Shown piece after piece: positions 1 to 12,359 of a stretch of 64,000 nt of DNA. The position numbers and the translations under genes were made by a program. The notes below the pieces were generated by a model that was not told where the DNA came from, ran no database searches, and was given only the letters and a program-made list of their open reading frames with translations. Source of the stretch: Fistulifera solaris (taxonomy: Eukaryota); assembly GCA_030295235.1 (NCBI GenBank), contig AP026124.1:1426001-1490000 (forward strand), in the 5' to 3' direction. The stretch's first letter is position 1, and each line of letters begins with the position of its first letter.

Positions 1-326
1 GGGCCAACCTTGATGTCGAACTCGGCGTAAAAACAACAAAAGAGAGGACATCGTGAAGGATGCTTCGGAGTTGGAACAGTTCTCTTTTGCAAATGAGGGA
101 GATGGTTCTCGGGAACTAATGAGGCTCTCGTAGTTTCTGTCGAGCTATTCTTTGTTGAGGGCCGTTTTGTGAACTGCGTTGCAACCTTTCTCGCTCCCTG
201 CCGAGGCGTCGAAGCTTCGGATCGAATACTCAAGAGCGAAGGGCTCGCCGCATCCTTTGCTTTCGGCTCTGCTTCTTGACTACTATCTGGTGAGCATGAT
301 AAAGGAGTTGATATGTCCTCGTTCAT
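1..326 (-). CDS. NPRL2: Nitrogen permease regulator 2-like (GATOR1 subunit), N-terminal part; runs off the window start
   Basis: Manual translation from ATG 326 is open to the window edge: MNEDISTPLSCSPD...RCPLFCCFYAEFDIKVGP. The last residues match the NPR2/NPRL2 N-terminal longin signature (F-x-EF-x-x-x-x-GP). Not in the ORF track because there is no stop codon in the window. Confidence 0.6.
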   Translation of the reverse strand, partial: MNEDISTPLSCSPDSSQEAEPKAKDAASPSLLSIRSEASTPRQGARKVATQFTKRPSTKNSSTETTRASLVPENHLPHLQKRTVPTPKHPSRCPLFCCFYAEFDIKVG

Positions 327-1156
327 TGTTGCGGCTTGTTATAGCGTCGTAATTATTTCAGTTTCAATGCAATGTCAATAATAACAGTTTCATTACTACC
401 AGTACGTAGTATGGGTATAATCATAATGCAACGACTGACCCGTGACTGCTGTCCAGTCCTGGAAATTTTGATTGTGCATATTGAGCCTACCAGGTACAGT
501 ACTTTGCGATGACAAATACTCGCAATGTCTTTCGCCGTAAAAAAGTCACTAAGGCGTGTACTGCAAATGATGTTGAAGATAATAGGATTCGATTGAAACA
601 AATGGAGCTTGACCAGCTTACACAACGAAGGAAGGGTTATTGAGAAATAATAATGCTCGGGAAACTGTTAATTCATGACTGAAATGCAGTCGTGACGAAA
701 AATGAACAAAACTTCACCTGGTAGCTTGGTAGCAAATATGGAAGAATAAGATCCGCAAGGATAATTGCCGTAATGAATCAAGTTGTGGCATGTTAAATGC
801 CACTAAACACAATTCTGTCGTCTTCCACCATCATACTTGTAGGGTTCCTATGGCCTTTCGGCGAAATGGAGTTCGTAGTTTGTAGGGATGGCGAGGTCGG
901 TTTAGCAGTTTCAGTCTCGGAGATTGTCGCGACGGTGGGCGCAAAGCGCAAAGTACCCCGAGTGAAAATTTAAATTCTACATTCCCTCGGAAACTTTCCC
1001 GCCACAATGGCAAAGTACAGCGGAATGTACAAATACCCCAATCTTTCACCGTTCATTATCTGGTATCGCGCACGGCTCTCATCTCAATTTGTTGCACCTT
1101 TTCATCAGCAATCAAATTTGTCGATCAATATCTGCTGAACAGAGACTGAGAATACT

Positions 1157-4100
1157 ATGGCAGAGCTTGATGTCGAACGCTTTTTCAAGCGACTTGGGAA
1201 GTTGCATTCCAATTTTTTGAAAAATAAGTGAGTACGGCGCTTGCTTGCATTTGTGCCGTTCCCCACCGCATTGCTGGTTAATCGCCGTGTATCAAGTCTT
1301 GCTGGATATCATCGCTCTTGTGTTTCTAATCCTCTTGTTTAGCTCAACAGTCTGGAATGGCGCAGATTGTCTATTACTACATCGTGGTCCCCTGAATGAT
1401 GACGATCCCTATCAGAAGTCGGGTCTTTTGCATCAATGGCTTTGTGGATACGAACTACCCGATACGATCATTTTGCTGCGCAAAGATGGGAACATGTGGG
1501 TATTGGCGACAAAGAAGAAGTGCGATTTTCTCAAGCCTGCTGCCGATGCAGTCCCTCAAAAGTCACCCATTCGTAGTATTACGTTTCTGCTCCGTAGCAA
1601 GGACGACGCGAACGCGAAAAACTACGACATTCTCTGGAAAGAGCTTTCTGACGCACGCATTAATGGAGACAAACGCAAAATTGGTGCTTTTGTGAAGGAG
1701 AGAGAAGGGAATAAAGAAGGCGGGGGTCTTCTCGGACCGTGGGAGAAGAAACTCTCCGAGATGATCGAATCGGACCCCAGTGACCTCGTTGATATCAGCG
1801 CAGGGGTTGCTTACAGTATGATTGTCAAAGATCCCGATGAGCTAGACTTGATGAAGAAGGCGAGTGTTCTAGCCAATAAGGTGATGAAGCATGGCTATGT
1901 GAAAAGGATGGAAGAAATAATCGATCGTGAAGAGACCATCACGCATGAGACTCTCGCTTCTTATGTCGAGGAAATCATCGAAGATCCTTCAAAGATCTCG
2001 CTGAAAGTTTCAAAAGACGATGTTCAGTCTTGTTACTACCCTATTGTGCAGTCGGGCGGTGCTTATGATATCCGGGTGTCTGCTCAGTCGACCAGTGTCA
2101 ATCTCTCACCGGATGTCATTATGATTTCGCTCGGGGCCCGCTTCTGCAACTATTGCAGCAACATTTCGCGCACCTTTTTGGTAGACGCACCCAAGAAGGT
2201 TTCGGACACTTACAAAATTCTTTTGGAAATGCAAGATGCTTGTCTAGCTGCCATGACACCAGGAAATCCTCTTAAAGCAGTCTACAAGGCAGCGGTCCGA
2301 TATCTTCAGGAGCACGGCCACGAACATCTTGTAGAGCGGCTACCGAAGAACCTTGGCTTTGCATCAGGTTTGGATTTTCGCGAAAGTAGCATGTTGCTGA
2401 CCCCAAAGAATATGTCCGTTTTCAAACAGGGAATGGTGTTTTGCTTGTCAGTTGGTTTTCAGGACTTGGAGCTATCTGAGGCCGACCGTTCGGCGGTCAA
2501 TGACAAGAGCCCGGCAAGTGTCTTTAAGATGATACATGGACCTCCACTTCGACGTGCTAACATTTTTTTCTGCAATATCCTTAGATCAAAAAATTGTCCA
2601 GCTTTGCGCTTCTTGTATCGGACATGGTAGCCATTACTGCCGATAATCCTGATGTCATGACAAAGATGGGGAAGGATCTCACAGATGTGTCTTACAATAT
2701 CAACGAAGAAGGTGAAGGTAGCGAAGATGACGACGAAGATGATGGTGACGACGACGAAAGCGTCGAAGCTCCTGATGCCCCCAAAGGCGACGAGAAGTAT
2801 GCACGAAGCCTTGCTAATCAGAGAGGTGGTGTCCGCCAGTCATCCCGACTTGCCAAGGACGCGGCTGCCATGCAAGATGCACAAGAAGGTGTTGCTGAAC
2901 GAGAAAGACGCCAAATCAAACTCATGGAACGACGCAATGAAGAGAGGCTCAGAGAGCTCGCCAGGGCTAATCGCAAGAAAGGAGATGACGACAATAAAGA
3001 TCAAGCCGAGGAACTTGAAGCCTACAAGCGGACTCGGGATTACCCGGATAACATCCTGCCAAATCAAGTGAAAGTGGACATGGCGAATCAGTGCGTCTTT
3101 TTACCGATTTATGGGAATCCTATACCCTTTCATATCAGTACAATTAAAAACGTTGTGATGCCGGAGGGTGACAGCGCAACGCTGTTGCGCATTAATTTTT
3201 ACACAGCTGGCATGGCAGTCGGCAAAGATGCCCCTGCAAATATGGTGAAGCTTGTACAAAAGTATGCCCCGTATGCTTCGTTTATCCGTGAACTGACGTT
3301 TCGAAGCTTGGATGGTCACAACCTGACCCAGGTAAGTAACGTATTCATTTTTACTTTGCTCTTTGATCATCTTTTGGTTGTCTCATTTGTCACTATCTTT
3401 CTTAGGCTTTCCGTCAGATTTCGGAACTTCGGAAGAGAGTTCGGACTAAGGAATTGCAGCAACAAGAGGAAGCGGATCTAGTTGAACAGGAGAAGCTTGT
3501 TCGAACAAAGAACGAGCGCGTACCCCGTCTTGCTGATGTTACCATGCGCCCAGTCTTCGCTGGTCGCAAGACTCAAGGAAACCTAGAAGCTCACAGTAAC
3601 GGTATGCGCTTCATTTCCACCCGACAGGAAATTGTTGATGTGATGTATAGCAATATCAAGTACGCCATTTATCAGCCCTGCGAGAATGAGATCATGGTTC
3701 TAATTCATTTCCACTTAAAGAATCCAATTATGATCGGCAAGAAGAAACATAACGACGTGCAGTTTTACACTGAAATCGTCGATTCCAGCCAAGCAGTCGA
3801 TAACAGTAGAAGAAGTATGTACGATCCAGACGAAATGGACGACGAACAACGTGAACGGCAGATGCGAAAGAAGCTCAATCAAGCCTTCAAGGACTTTTTG
3901 TAAGAAAGTGGATGCAGTTGCAAAAAAGAATGGTTACGAGCTTGAGTTTGATATTCCCTATCGTGACCTTGGTTTCACTGGCAACCCGCACAAGGAGATG
4001 GTTACTATCATGCCTACATTGAACTGCCTTGTAAACTTGACAGAAACGCCTTTCTTCGTCGTCGATTTGGTGGATGTCGATCACGTCCATTTCGAACGTG

Positions 4101-4672
4101 TCACCTACATGAGTAAAGCATTTGATATGGTCTTGGTAAATAAAGACTTTAACAAGGAACCTTGGCGAGTCGATATGATCCCCAATGGGGATAAAGACTC
4201 TATTCAAGATTGGTTGACCGACATGGAAATCACTTACACTGAGGGGCCTATGAATTTGAACTGGAAACAGATAATCGCTACAGTGCGTGCTGATGATAGA
4301 TTCTACATGAACACGGAGGAAGATTCCGTCACTGAGAAAGAAGCAGGATGGGAATTTTTGCGAATGTTTGGGCGAGACGATGACGATGAAGGGGATGAAG
4401 AAGACGATGACTCTGCCTTTAGCCAAGAACAGGAGGAAGATGCCGAAGAAGAGGAATCGGAGGAAGAAGATTTTGACTCTGATGTGGACGATGAAGACGA
4501 GGACGACTTCGATGGCGACGAAGATTTAGAAGAGGAAGGATTAGACTGGGATGAGATGGAAGAGAAAGCTGCAGAAGAAGATAGACAGAAGCGCCGTTTG
4601 GGTGACGTGGACCCTGACGAAGGTCGCAAGTCCAGTAACAAGAAGCCGCGGAATGGGGGTAGACGTCGCTAG
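1157..4672 (+). CDS. SPT16: FACT complex subunit SPT16
   Basis: Introns 1228-1342, 2514-2584 (GC-AG) and 3332-3405. Aminopeptidase-like N-domain (YYPIVQSGG, GARFCNYCSNISRT), middle domain (GNLEAHSNGMRF, HFHLKNPIMIGKKK, YTEGPMNLNW) and acidic C-terminus. One extra T in the T-run near 3895-3899. Confidence 0.95.
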
Positions 4673-4900
4673 ATTCGTACTTATTAATCACTTATGTATG
4701 ACGTTCTATTGCCTCTGTAGGAAGAAAACTAGTGGAACGGATTAAAAGTAGTGCGTTGTAGTGTCTGTTAAGGTAACGAAAAAACAATTGAACTTGACAA
4801 CTCTGTTTCATTGAGCTGCCCGTATGTCGATAAAGATGAAGCGCGCAGGCCAGATGTAGAAACGTTTTCACGTAAAGTGTATAAGTAAATTGCGAACTAA

Positions 4901-5655
4901 TCAATCTTCGTCGAGCGTGATCATCCATCCCATCGCTTCTGCCTCGGCAAACTTGCGATTTACGATGTCTTCTACTGTCCATGTCTCTCCTGTAATAACC
5001 TCGTCGTCGTTCGATCCGTCGCCCCGAGAGCCAGCGTTTGCATTCATTCGGATCTCTTGATTAGTGCTTGTTCTATTCTTTGCTCTTTCTTCATCCCTCA
5101 CATATTTTCTAATGACTTGTAGCAATGGTTCTCCAATATTTTGAAATTTTTTCGGTCCCATGCCAAATATATTCATCATTTCTAACCGGTTCCTTGGCAT
5201 TTTGATAGTCAGATCGTCAAGTGTAGTATCATGGAAGACATAAAATACACAGTCGGAGAATCCCAGTCGGTGCGCATAGAGTAGACGAACTTGTCTCAAC
5301 ATCTCTCTAAGCTTTGCTCTCTCGCGCAAGAGCTTTTCCTTCACTCGCGCTTCCTTGTTGTGTTTTTCGAGCTCGTCTTCGGGGGTGCTGCCTCCCGGCA
5401 ATGCAAGCGTGTGCTTATCAGGGAAACAGTCCTCGTGATAATACTGGAAGTAATCTCCATAGATTGGCCTGTAAGCTCTCTTCCCCACACGCTTCGTCCC
5501 GGTTTGGATCTTCTTTTGCACTTGAGACATGTGGACCGACTATTCGGAGAGCACTCGAACTTGTCGAAATTTCCTATCGAAGGCCTTGTCGGAGTTCTAT
5601 AGTAAGGCGATGCTGCTTCCCGGCTCGAGAATGATTTCGTTGGTGTTTTGGGCAT
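4901..5655 (-). CDS. PARP-type zinc finger + HRDC domain protein
   Basis: Joining ORFs 5341..5655 and 4901..5530 across an A-run (~5514) gives ECSPNSRSTCLKCKKKIQTGTKRVG...YYHEDC (zf-PARP), then LRQVR...YVFHDTTLDDLTIKMPRNRLEMMNIFGMGPKKFQNIG (HRDC). Confidence 0.75.
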
Positions 5656-5891
5656 GTTAGATGCTTTTGGTCATAGTCGACAAAGGAAGGTGCTTGCAAC
5701 CTTTTTACTACTTGTAACACATACTGGAGTTTGTTTCGTTTTTGAAGTTTTTTTGCGAAGCGATACCGGGTAACTGCAAACAAAGAACAAAAATAAAACA
5801 GCAACGCATAATGCGGGCGACTGACTGACTATTTCGGCAAGTACTACGCTACTTTGTACGCTACGCACGTACAACCCTTTGATCCATACCA

Positions 5892-5974
5892 GGGAAACGG
5901 CGTTAAAAATTCTGCCTCGTCGTAGATGCTACGTAGAATCTTGTACTGGGAGGCAGAATTTTAACGTCCTTCCC
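5892..5974. mobile_element. MITE-like hairpin element, copy 1
   Basis: Terminal inverted repeats GGGAAACGGCGTTAAAAATTCTGCCTC / GAGGCAGAATTTTAACGTCCTTCCC around a ~31 bp core. Near-identical copy at 54961-55044. Confidence 0.7.
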
Positions 5975-6990
5975 GTGCTCGGAGTAGCATTTTTGAAATT
6001 TGAACTGCACATCACTGCGCAACGAAGTCCCTATAATTTAGCGCGAGCAGCAGCAATGGGTATCACCGTAGATAAAAACGCTTAGTCTTTGCTAGTAAAC
6101 TATGTAGCGTCTGGAAGCAAACGGAAGTATAGGAGAGGCAAGTAACGAATTGGATGAACGTTTGCTGAATATGGCCTGGCGAAGTGTATATTTACCAGGA
6201 ATGTGTTCCACATCATTTTTCTGGTGCGTTTGGTCGCCGATAGTAATTCTTAGTTGACTAGAGAGCTGCTTTACTCTACCAGTGTCTACAAGGTGGTTGA
6301 GTCTTCCGATCTGGTTTCACAATTCATTGTGCATTTCATGCTAACAATACGTGTTCACAACAGGCGATAGAAATGAAATTGCGTCACTTGTCAATACTGC
6401 GATGGGCGATAATCGATAGCAACTCCAAACGAACTACTCCGTATCTTAGATACCATCGAGCGAGGCTGCTTGATCTGGCTCTAGGGCTCTTTTTGTAAAC
6501 TGTCAGTCAGTCAGTCAAGAACTGCAAGGGACTTAATTCGGCGATCAGACTTTCCAGGATTATTCCGAACAAAGAGATCAATTGAATAAACCAATAGATC
6601 GGGGGCGATAGAAAAGTTATTACAATCCGCTATGGGCCTTGCGAACTGGATCAGGGAAAACTCTTCGACATGACGAAAATAGCACGCTAAATATCGAGCG
6701 ACCAGTCGAAAGTAGAGGATGCGTTTTGCCACACTGGTCGCCCGATTCCGTTGTCGATCCAAATTACTGATATTTTGACAGCAACGACACGACTGCATAA
6801 GCTACAAAACGTATTTTGGTGCGGGATAAAGTATTTAGGATAAGTTTTCTGTAAAAGAACGGTTTTTATAGTATCTGTTACCCGAAGGATGTGTTATGCA
6901 CGAATTCAATGGAGGATTTCTACAAATTTTCACGCTTTCACAAATAATTTGATCAGACTCGGTCGTTAAGTGGAGGTCGCAATTTTGTGT

Positions 6991-7995
6991 CTAGCACCCG
7001 TATTTCGCCCGCTTGTTAGCACGATATTGTTCGGTATTCATTTCACGAAGTGTCTGACTCGCCTTCTTGCGAGCGACAATGTTTTTCACTCGATACCATT
7101 TGTCGGTTTCCTCATCTAACTTCAAAAATCGACCACCCCAAGTTTCTACAATATCGACCAGCTCCTGACTAATACCCGTCTTCGCTTCCTTATCGGCGGC
7201 CAAGTACCTCGGCTGAATTTTTTCCTTTTCGATCAGATAGCGTTTATTTCCCGCATGATGATTGCTACGACCACCACGACCCAACAACACGTCATCGTCC
7301 GTAACCTCGCAGTACTCCATGACTTCGGGATCGTAGTTAGGTTTGGTTCTATTGCGTTTTCGTCGCTTTTTCTTGGGTGAGGAGGCAGCCGGCTTGGCAT
7401 CGTCATCCGCTATTGTTGATTCCAATGTAGCGGAAGGAATACGAGCTTCGCTGCTCGCAGGTAACACATGAGCTAAAGACGGCGGCAATTGCGATTCGAA
7501 CATTTGATCCCAGTCGGTGCTCTTCTGTGCAATGGCGCTGCCGGTACTCGTCGAACGAAAGAACATGCTCTGGATGGAACTGTTATCAATGTGCTTTGCA
7601 GCATCGTGAGGAAGCCACTCCTTACTGGTGAGCATATCGGAGAACTGAGCCATCATCAAAGCGCCGGTGTCCATTCGCTTCTGCTCGTCGGGTCGTGCAC
7701 GACTACGACTTTGCAGTATTTGGGCAATCATCGCCGCACTGTCAGAGCTGCGGAACGCTTGTTGAAACATTTCCGAGCTCTTTCCTATGGACTTCATAAA
7801 ATCAGAAATACTCTCGTCTGACTTGAGAAGTTTTGATACAGTGATATCGTCTTCCAAAGCGTCCATCAGACCGGTCGAATCACTGCTACGCAGTAACTGT
7901 TGTAGCATGTTCGTGTTGTCTTGTGAGACTTCGCTGTTTTCGATTAAAGGGTGCTTTTCTGGAGAAGATGATAAAAATGACGACATTTCTATCAT
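6991..7995 (-). CDS. DUF6824 domain protein (diatom-expanded, putative DNA-binding)
   Basis: C-terminal DDDVLLGRGGRSNHHAGNKRY...VETWGGRFLK...WY...ARKKASQTLRE motif, preceded by a basic NLS-like stretch (PKKKRRKR). Confidence 0.85.
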   Translation of the reverse strand: MIEMSSFLSSSPEKHPLIENSEVSQDNTNMLQQLLRSSDSTGLMDALEDDITVSKLLKSDESISDFMKSIGKSSEMFQQAFRSSDSAAMIAQILQSRSRARPDEQKRMDTGALMMAQFSDMLTSKEWLPHDAAKHIDNSSIQSMFFRSTSTGSAIAQKSTDWDQMFESQLPPSLAHVLPASSEARIPSATLESTIADDDAKPAASSPKKKRRKRNRTKPNYDPEVMEYCEVTDDDVLLGRGGRSNHHAGNKRYLIEKEKIQPRYLAADKEAKTGISQELVDIVETWGGRFLKLDEETDKWYRVKNIVARKKASQTLREMNTEQYRANKRAKYGC

Positions 7996-8462
7996 AGTTG
8001 AAGATTATTTACTTGGGTGAAAATAATAATGAAAACAAAGTCGATGTGTCGATGTCTATGTCTATGAACTTTTCTCAAGCGATAAAGCTAATGCCATCGT
8101 TTTGTGACGTGTATTTTTCGTGGCGCGGAAGCGCAAATCCAGACCCGCGGCCACTTTCCCAAAGAATTCATCAAGACCAATCGCACACTAGGATTAAACT
8201 GTAGGGGGTACCGAATGGCTCGTGGTGCTAAGGATGGAGTTTGCAACCGGTTGCCGGTTAGGCGGTGTACGTGTTGACAAAAAAAGCAAAACTGACAAAA
8301 CGACATAACAAAACTCTTTTATTGAGTGAATCAGAAAACCAACAACAAGGATGACAAAGGGCTTGTTGGAAACAAGATATTATTAAAAGATAAAAGACAG
8401 ATCAAGCGCCTATTTTTCGAAGAGCAGATTTCTTTGCCCATCGTGAAAGGAATACAGTTGAA

Positions 8463-9641
8463 ATGGGTTTGAGACATATAATCCTCGTTCTGTCGTTGAC
8501 ATCGGCATCGGCATTCTGTCCGTCGAAACCGTTTGCGATCGGTTTGCAGACACATACTTTCCAATTACCGAAAACACAATCCCGTCTTCCCGCTGTGGAA
8601 GGCGATTTTGATCCAGAAGCCATTTCTCGCGCTAAAGAAGAAGCGGCGGCTGGTTCTATGAAAGCGAGACTTCGGGCCCTTTACAAATTCACTCGACCTC
8701 ATACGATTCGTGGAACCATACTGGGATCTATTGCGGGTACAACGCGCGCTCTACTAGATACACCTGGATCGATTGCATCTGCCAACTGGGGAATTATGCT
8801 TCCTAGGGCCTTTATAGGTATGGTAGCATTGCTTCTGGGAAACGCGTTTATTGTGGGAATTAACCAAATTTATGACGAAGATATTGACAAAATGAACAAA
8901 CCTTTCCTCCCTGTAGCGAGTGGAGAGATGAGCAAGCGATTTGCCTGGATTGCCGTTGTTGTTTCATTTTTGTCGGGTCCTCTCCTCGTGAAAAAGTTCT
9001 TCCCACCATTGCTATTCAAGTTGTACTCCTTTGGTATCTTTCTCGGGGCAATTTACTCCATCCCGCCGGTTCGAACCAAGAAGAATCCTGTTCTCGCTGG
9101 CTTGACAATAGCTACAGTGCGCGGTTTTCTTTTGAACTTTGGCGTCTACTACGCTGTGAAGGACGCACTTGGTGCCAGCTTTTCGTGGTCTCCCAAAGTG
9201 GCCTTCATTGCGCGTTTCATGACGACTTTTGCCTCTGTCATTGCGATCACTAAAGATTTGCCGGATGTTGAAGGTGATAAAGTAAGTGCGAGAATACCCA
9301 ATGCGTTTTTGTCTATTCATTCGGTTTATACTAATATCGTTGGCAACATCAAAGGCGTACCAAATCGAAACGTTTGCAACCAAGATTGGTGTAGCTCGAA
9401 TTGCTAAAGGAGCAACCTTTGCCTGCTTCTGAATTATATTCATGCGTTAGCGACTGGCTTACTTTCGCCTGCTGGAGTGTTCAGAATGATCCCAATGATT
9501 GGTGGTCATATCGCTCTTGCAGCAGTTCTTATTGCACGATTCCGACAGTTACAAGCGGACTCTATCCAGTCTGTCAAGAAGTACTACAAACACATCTGGG
9601 ATTTGTTTTACCTCGAGTATGTGCTTTATACACTTATTTAA
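8463..9641 (+). CDS. HST: Homogentisate solanesyltransferase (UbiA family), plastid-targeted
   Basis: Signal peptide ending in [62 protein letters not shown]. Intron 9282-9354; frameshift in a T-run near 9419. Confidence 0.9.
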
Positions 9642-9770
9642 AAAAAGAATTCAGTTTACGACGCTATTTTCAAAAGGTTTCACTTATGGTTAACAATTGC
9701 CATTCGCCTGTTGTGGAAAATTGTACCCTAAAGCATTGGGCCTTACCGCAGATGCATCACAATATATCAT

Positions 9771-11646
9771 TTAAGCCTTAGCTTTCTTAGCAGCAGGACC
9801 ATCCAACTTTGTGTCCGCTTCAAAAGTCTCATCATATGCAGAGTCATGTACTCCAGCAGCTCGTCCACTCGGATCGGCTCTTGAAGCAAACGATGCATCC
9901 CATCTCATGGCGCGCTCTGTCGAACATGCGATAGATTTTCCTCCCGGAACTGTCTTTTCGGCAGCTTCACCAGGGAAGAACTCCTCAAAGATCATTCGGT
10001 AGCGGTAACCTTCCTTCGTCGTTGGTGTGTTGTGCGGAAATCGATTCTTGGCGCTAGCAAACATTTGGTCGCTTATTTCTGACTCTGCAATCTCCTTCAA
10101 GTGATCAACCCAGCCATAGCCGACACCATCACTGAACTGCTCCTTCTGACGCCACAAGATATCGTGAGGCAAGTATGGGTCATCGGGAGTGTCAAAAGCC
10201 TTACGAATGACCCATTTCTCAAAACGCTGGTCTTCTTTCTTCACGTTAGGGCCAGTGCGAATCATCTTCTCTTCTGGATCAAGGTTCATGGCAACGTCCA
10301 AGAAGTCGGCATCTAGAAACGGGCAGCGGGTTCGACACCCCAAGCACTCATTGCCTTGTTGCAACGAAGGCAATCGTACATGTGAAGTCGACTCAACTTA
10401 TCGACGGTCTCATCCATGAACTCTTGAGCGTTGGGAGCTTTGTGAAAGTAAAGGTAGCCTCCGAAGACTTCGTCGGCACCTTCTCCACTCAATACCATCT
10501 TTATTCCCATGGCTTTGATCTTGCGAGACATCAGATACATCGGCGTCGAGGCTCGGATAGTAGTAACATCGTACGTTTCTATGCAGCGAATGACATCGCG
10601 GACCGCATCCGAACCTTCCTGAATGGTGTAAGTGTACGAATGATGAATCGTTCCCAAAAAGTCGGCAACCTTCTTGGCGGCGACCAAATCAGGGGACCCC
10701 TCCAAGCCGATCGTGAACGAGTGGAGTTTCGGAAAGGAAGTGGAACGGCGTCCGATGTTACGAGCGCAGATAGCGGCAACCAAGGAAGAATCCAGACCAC
10801 CCGAAAGAAGGACACCCCACGGCACATCGGACATCATACGGCGAGTGACCGCGCGTTCAAATGCAAGGCGCAAATTTGCCTGAGAACGAACAATAGCCAT
10901 GAGAATAAATATTAGTTTGCACACGAAACAAAAGATAGCAAAGTATTCATTCAGAAATTACTTACCGCATTGAACTTTTCCTTCGGAAGAGGCACGCCCG
11001 GAAGCATTTCGGGAGCCCAGTTGGGGGTATACCATCGTTGAAATTCGCCGGCCTTGTCACCTTTACTAACATACATGTGTCCAGGAGGAAAGTTGTGGAA
11101 TTTGGTGCACTTATCAACCAAACTCTTCATTTCAGAGCCGACGAAAATGGATCCATCGTTGGCGTATCCCATGTACAACGGTGTTTTCCCCATATGATCG
11201 CGTGCAATCACAAAGAGATCTTTTTTCCTGTCGTAAAGAATGAACGAGAACATTCCTCGGAGCTGTTTGCAAAGATCCACCGTCGCTCCGTGCTCTTCGT
11301 ACAACGGAATAATGACCTCACAGTCGGACCCCGTCTTAGGAGTGTAGGGCTTGGCGAGAGTCTCGTACAGCTCCTTGTAGTTGTAGATTTCACCGTTTGC
11401 GGCTACGATGATCGACTTGTCATGCGATTCTAGCGGCTGAGAGCCCGATTCAGGGTCCATGATGGCAAGACGCTCATGCGCGATACCATGAGCATGAGTA
11501 ATGTTCATGGACTCATTCGGCTCAATGACACGATATCCTGACCAGTCAGGACCGCGATGGCGGAGACGCGACGAGCACAGAATAAGCTCACGTCGAAGAT
11601 CGGCTTCAGACGCGCTCGAATGGAAGATTGCGAAGATTCCACACAT
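9771..11646 (-). CDS. ASNS: Glutamine-hydrolysing asparagine synthetase
   Basis: N-terminal [50 protein letters not shown]. Intron about 10879-10965; frameshift near 10325. Confidence 0.95.
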
Positions 11647-12359
11647 AATTACGAAACTTCACACAGAAAAAATGCTTTTCGAGCTGTTGACAAATAGGCA
11701 CGACGAAAGGATGCCAAATTTCGATTATTGTATTGCAAACTTCCTGATGAACCGCACGTGTTTCCTGTCGGCCGATGGGAGACTGCAACGAGTGGCTTTG
11801 AAAGTGTGCGTCGTGCGTCGCGAACGAAAATCGCGAACCTGTGTTGTTGGAGGATCGGAAATCAAATTTTATGTATGTTCGGACAATGTGACGGCTATGT
11901 ACGGACGCCTATGCGACACATGGCGAAAATCTTTCCGGTACTGCCAGTTTTCATCTCTAAGCTTGAATAGATTTACTAACCAACAACATAAACAACCATC
12001 GCCCTACGGCTTTATCGTTTCCTAGGATTGCCCCTGGTAGACTAGTTTTAGTGCTTTGTTACTTTCTATGCTATTTACAATTTCCGGAACGAGCTGTGTC
12101 ATAAAGAAGTCACCTCTACACTTTCGGATATACTCGAAGTCGACGTCTGTTCGTCGCTCCCCTATCGGAGGGAACACGCGAAATCATCGCTTTCCTCGAA
12201 ACGCCCGCCGCAAAGAAAAGACGAAAAATCCATCGGCAAACATTTCAATGGGAGTGCGTACCAGGTATAATGATGTTAAGCAGAATTAAAAGAACTACGA
12301 TTTCATATTTTTAACGAGTTAACGCAATTTCACACATTACAGCAAACGAGCCATTGATC

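Noticed and set aside
353..1049. Short ORFs in the NPRL2-SPT16 divergent promoter, and the many antisense or overlapping ORFs in the ORF track
   Set aside because: No recognisable motifs and often non-ATG starts; they are shadows of real genes or intergenic noise.
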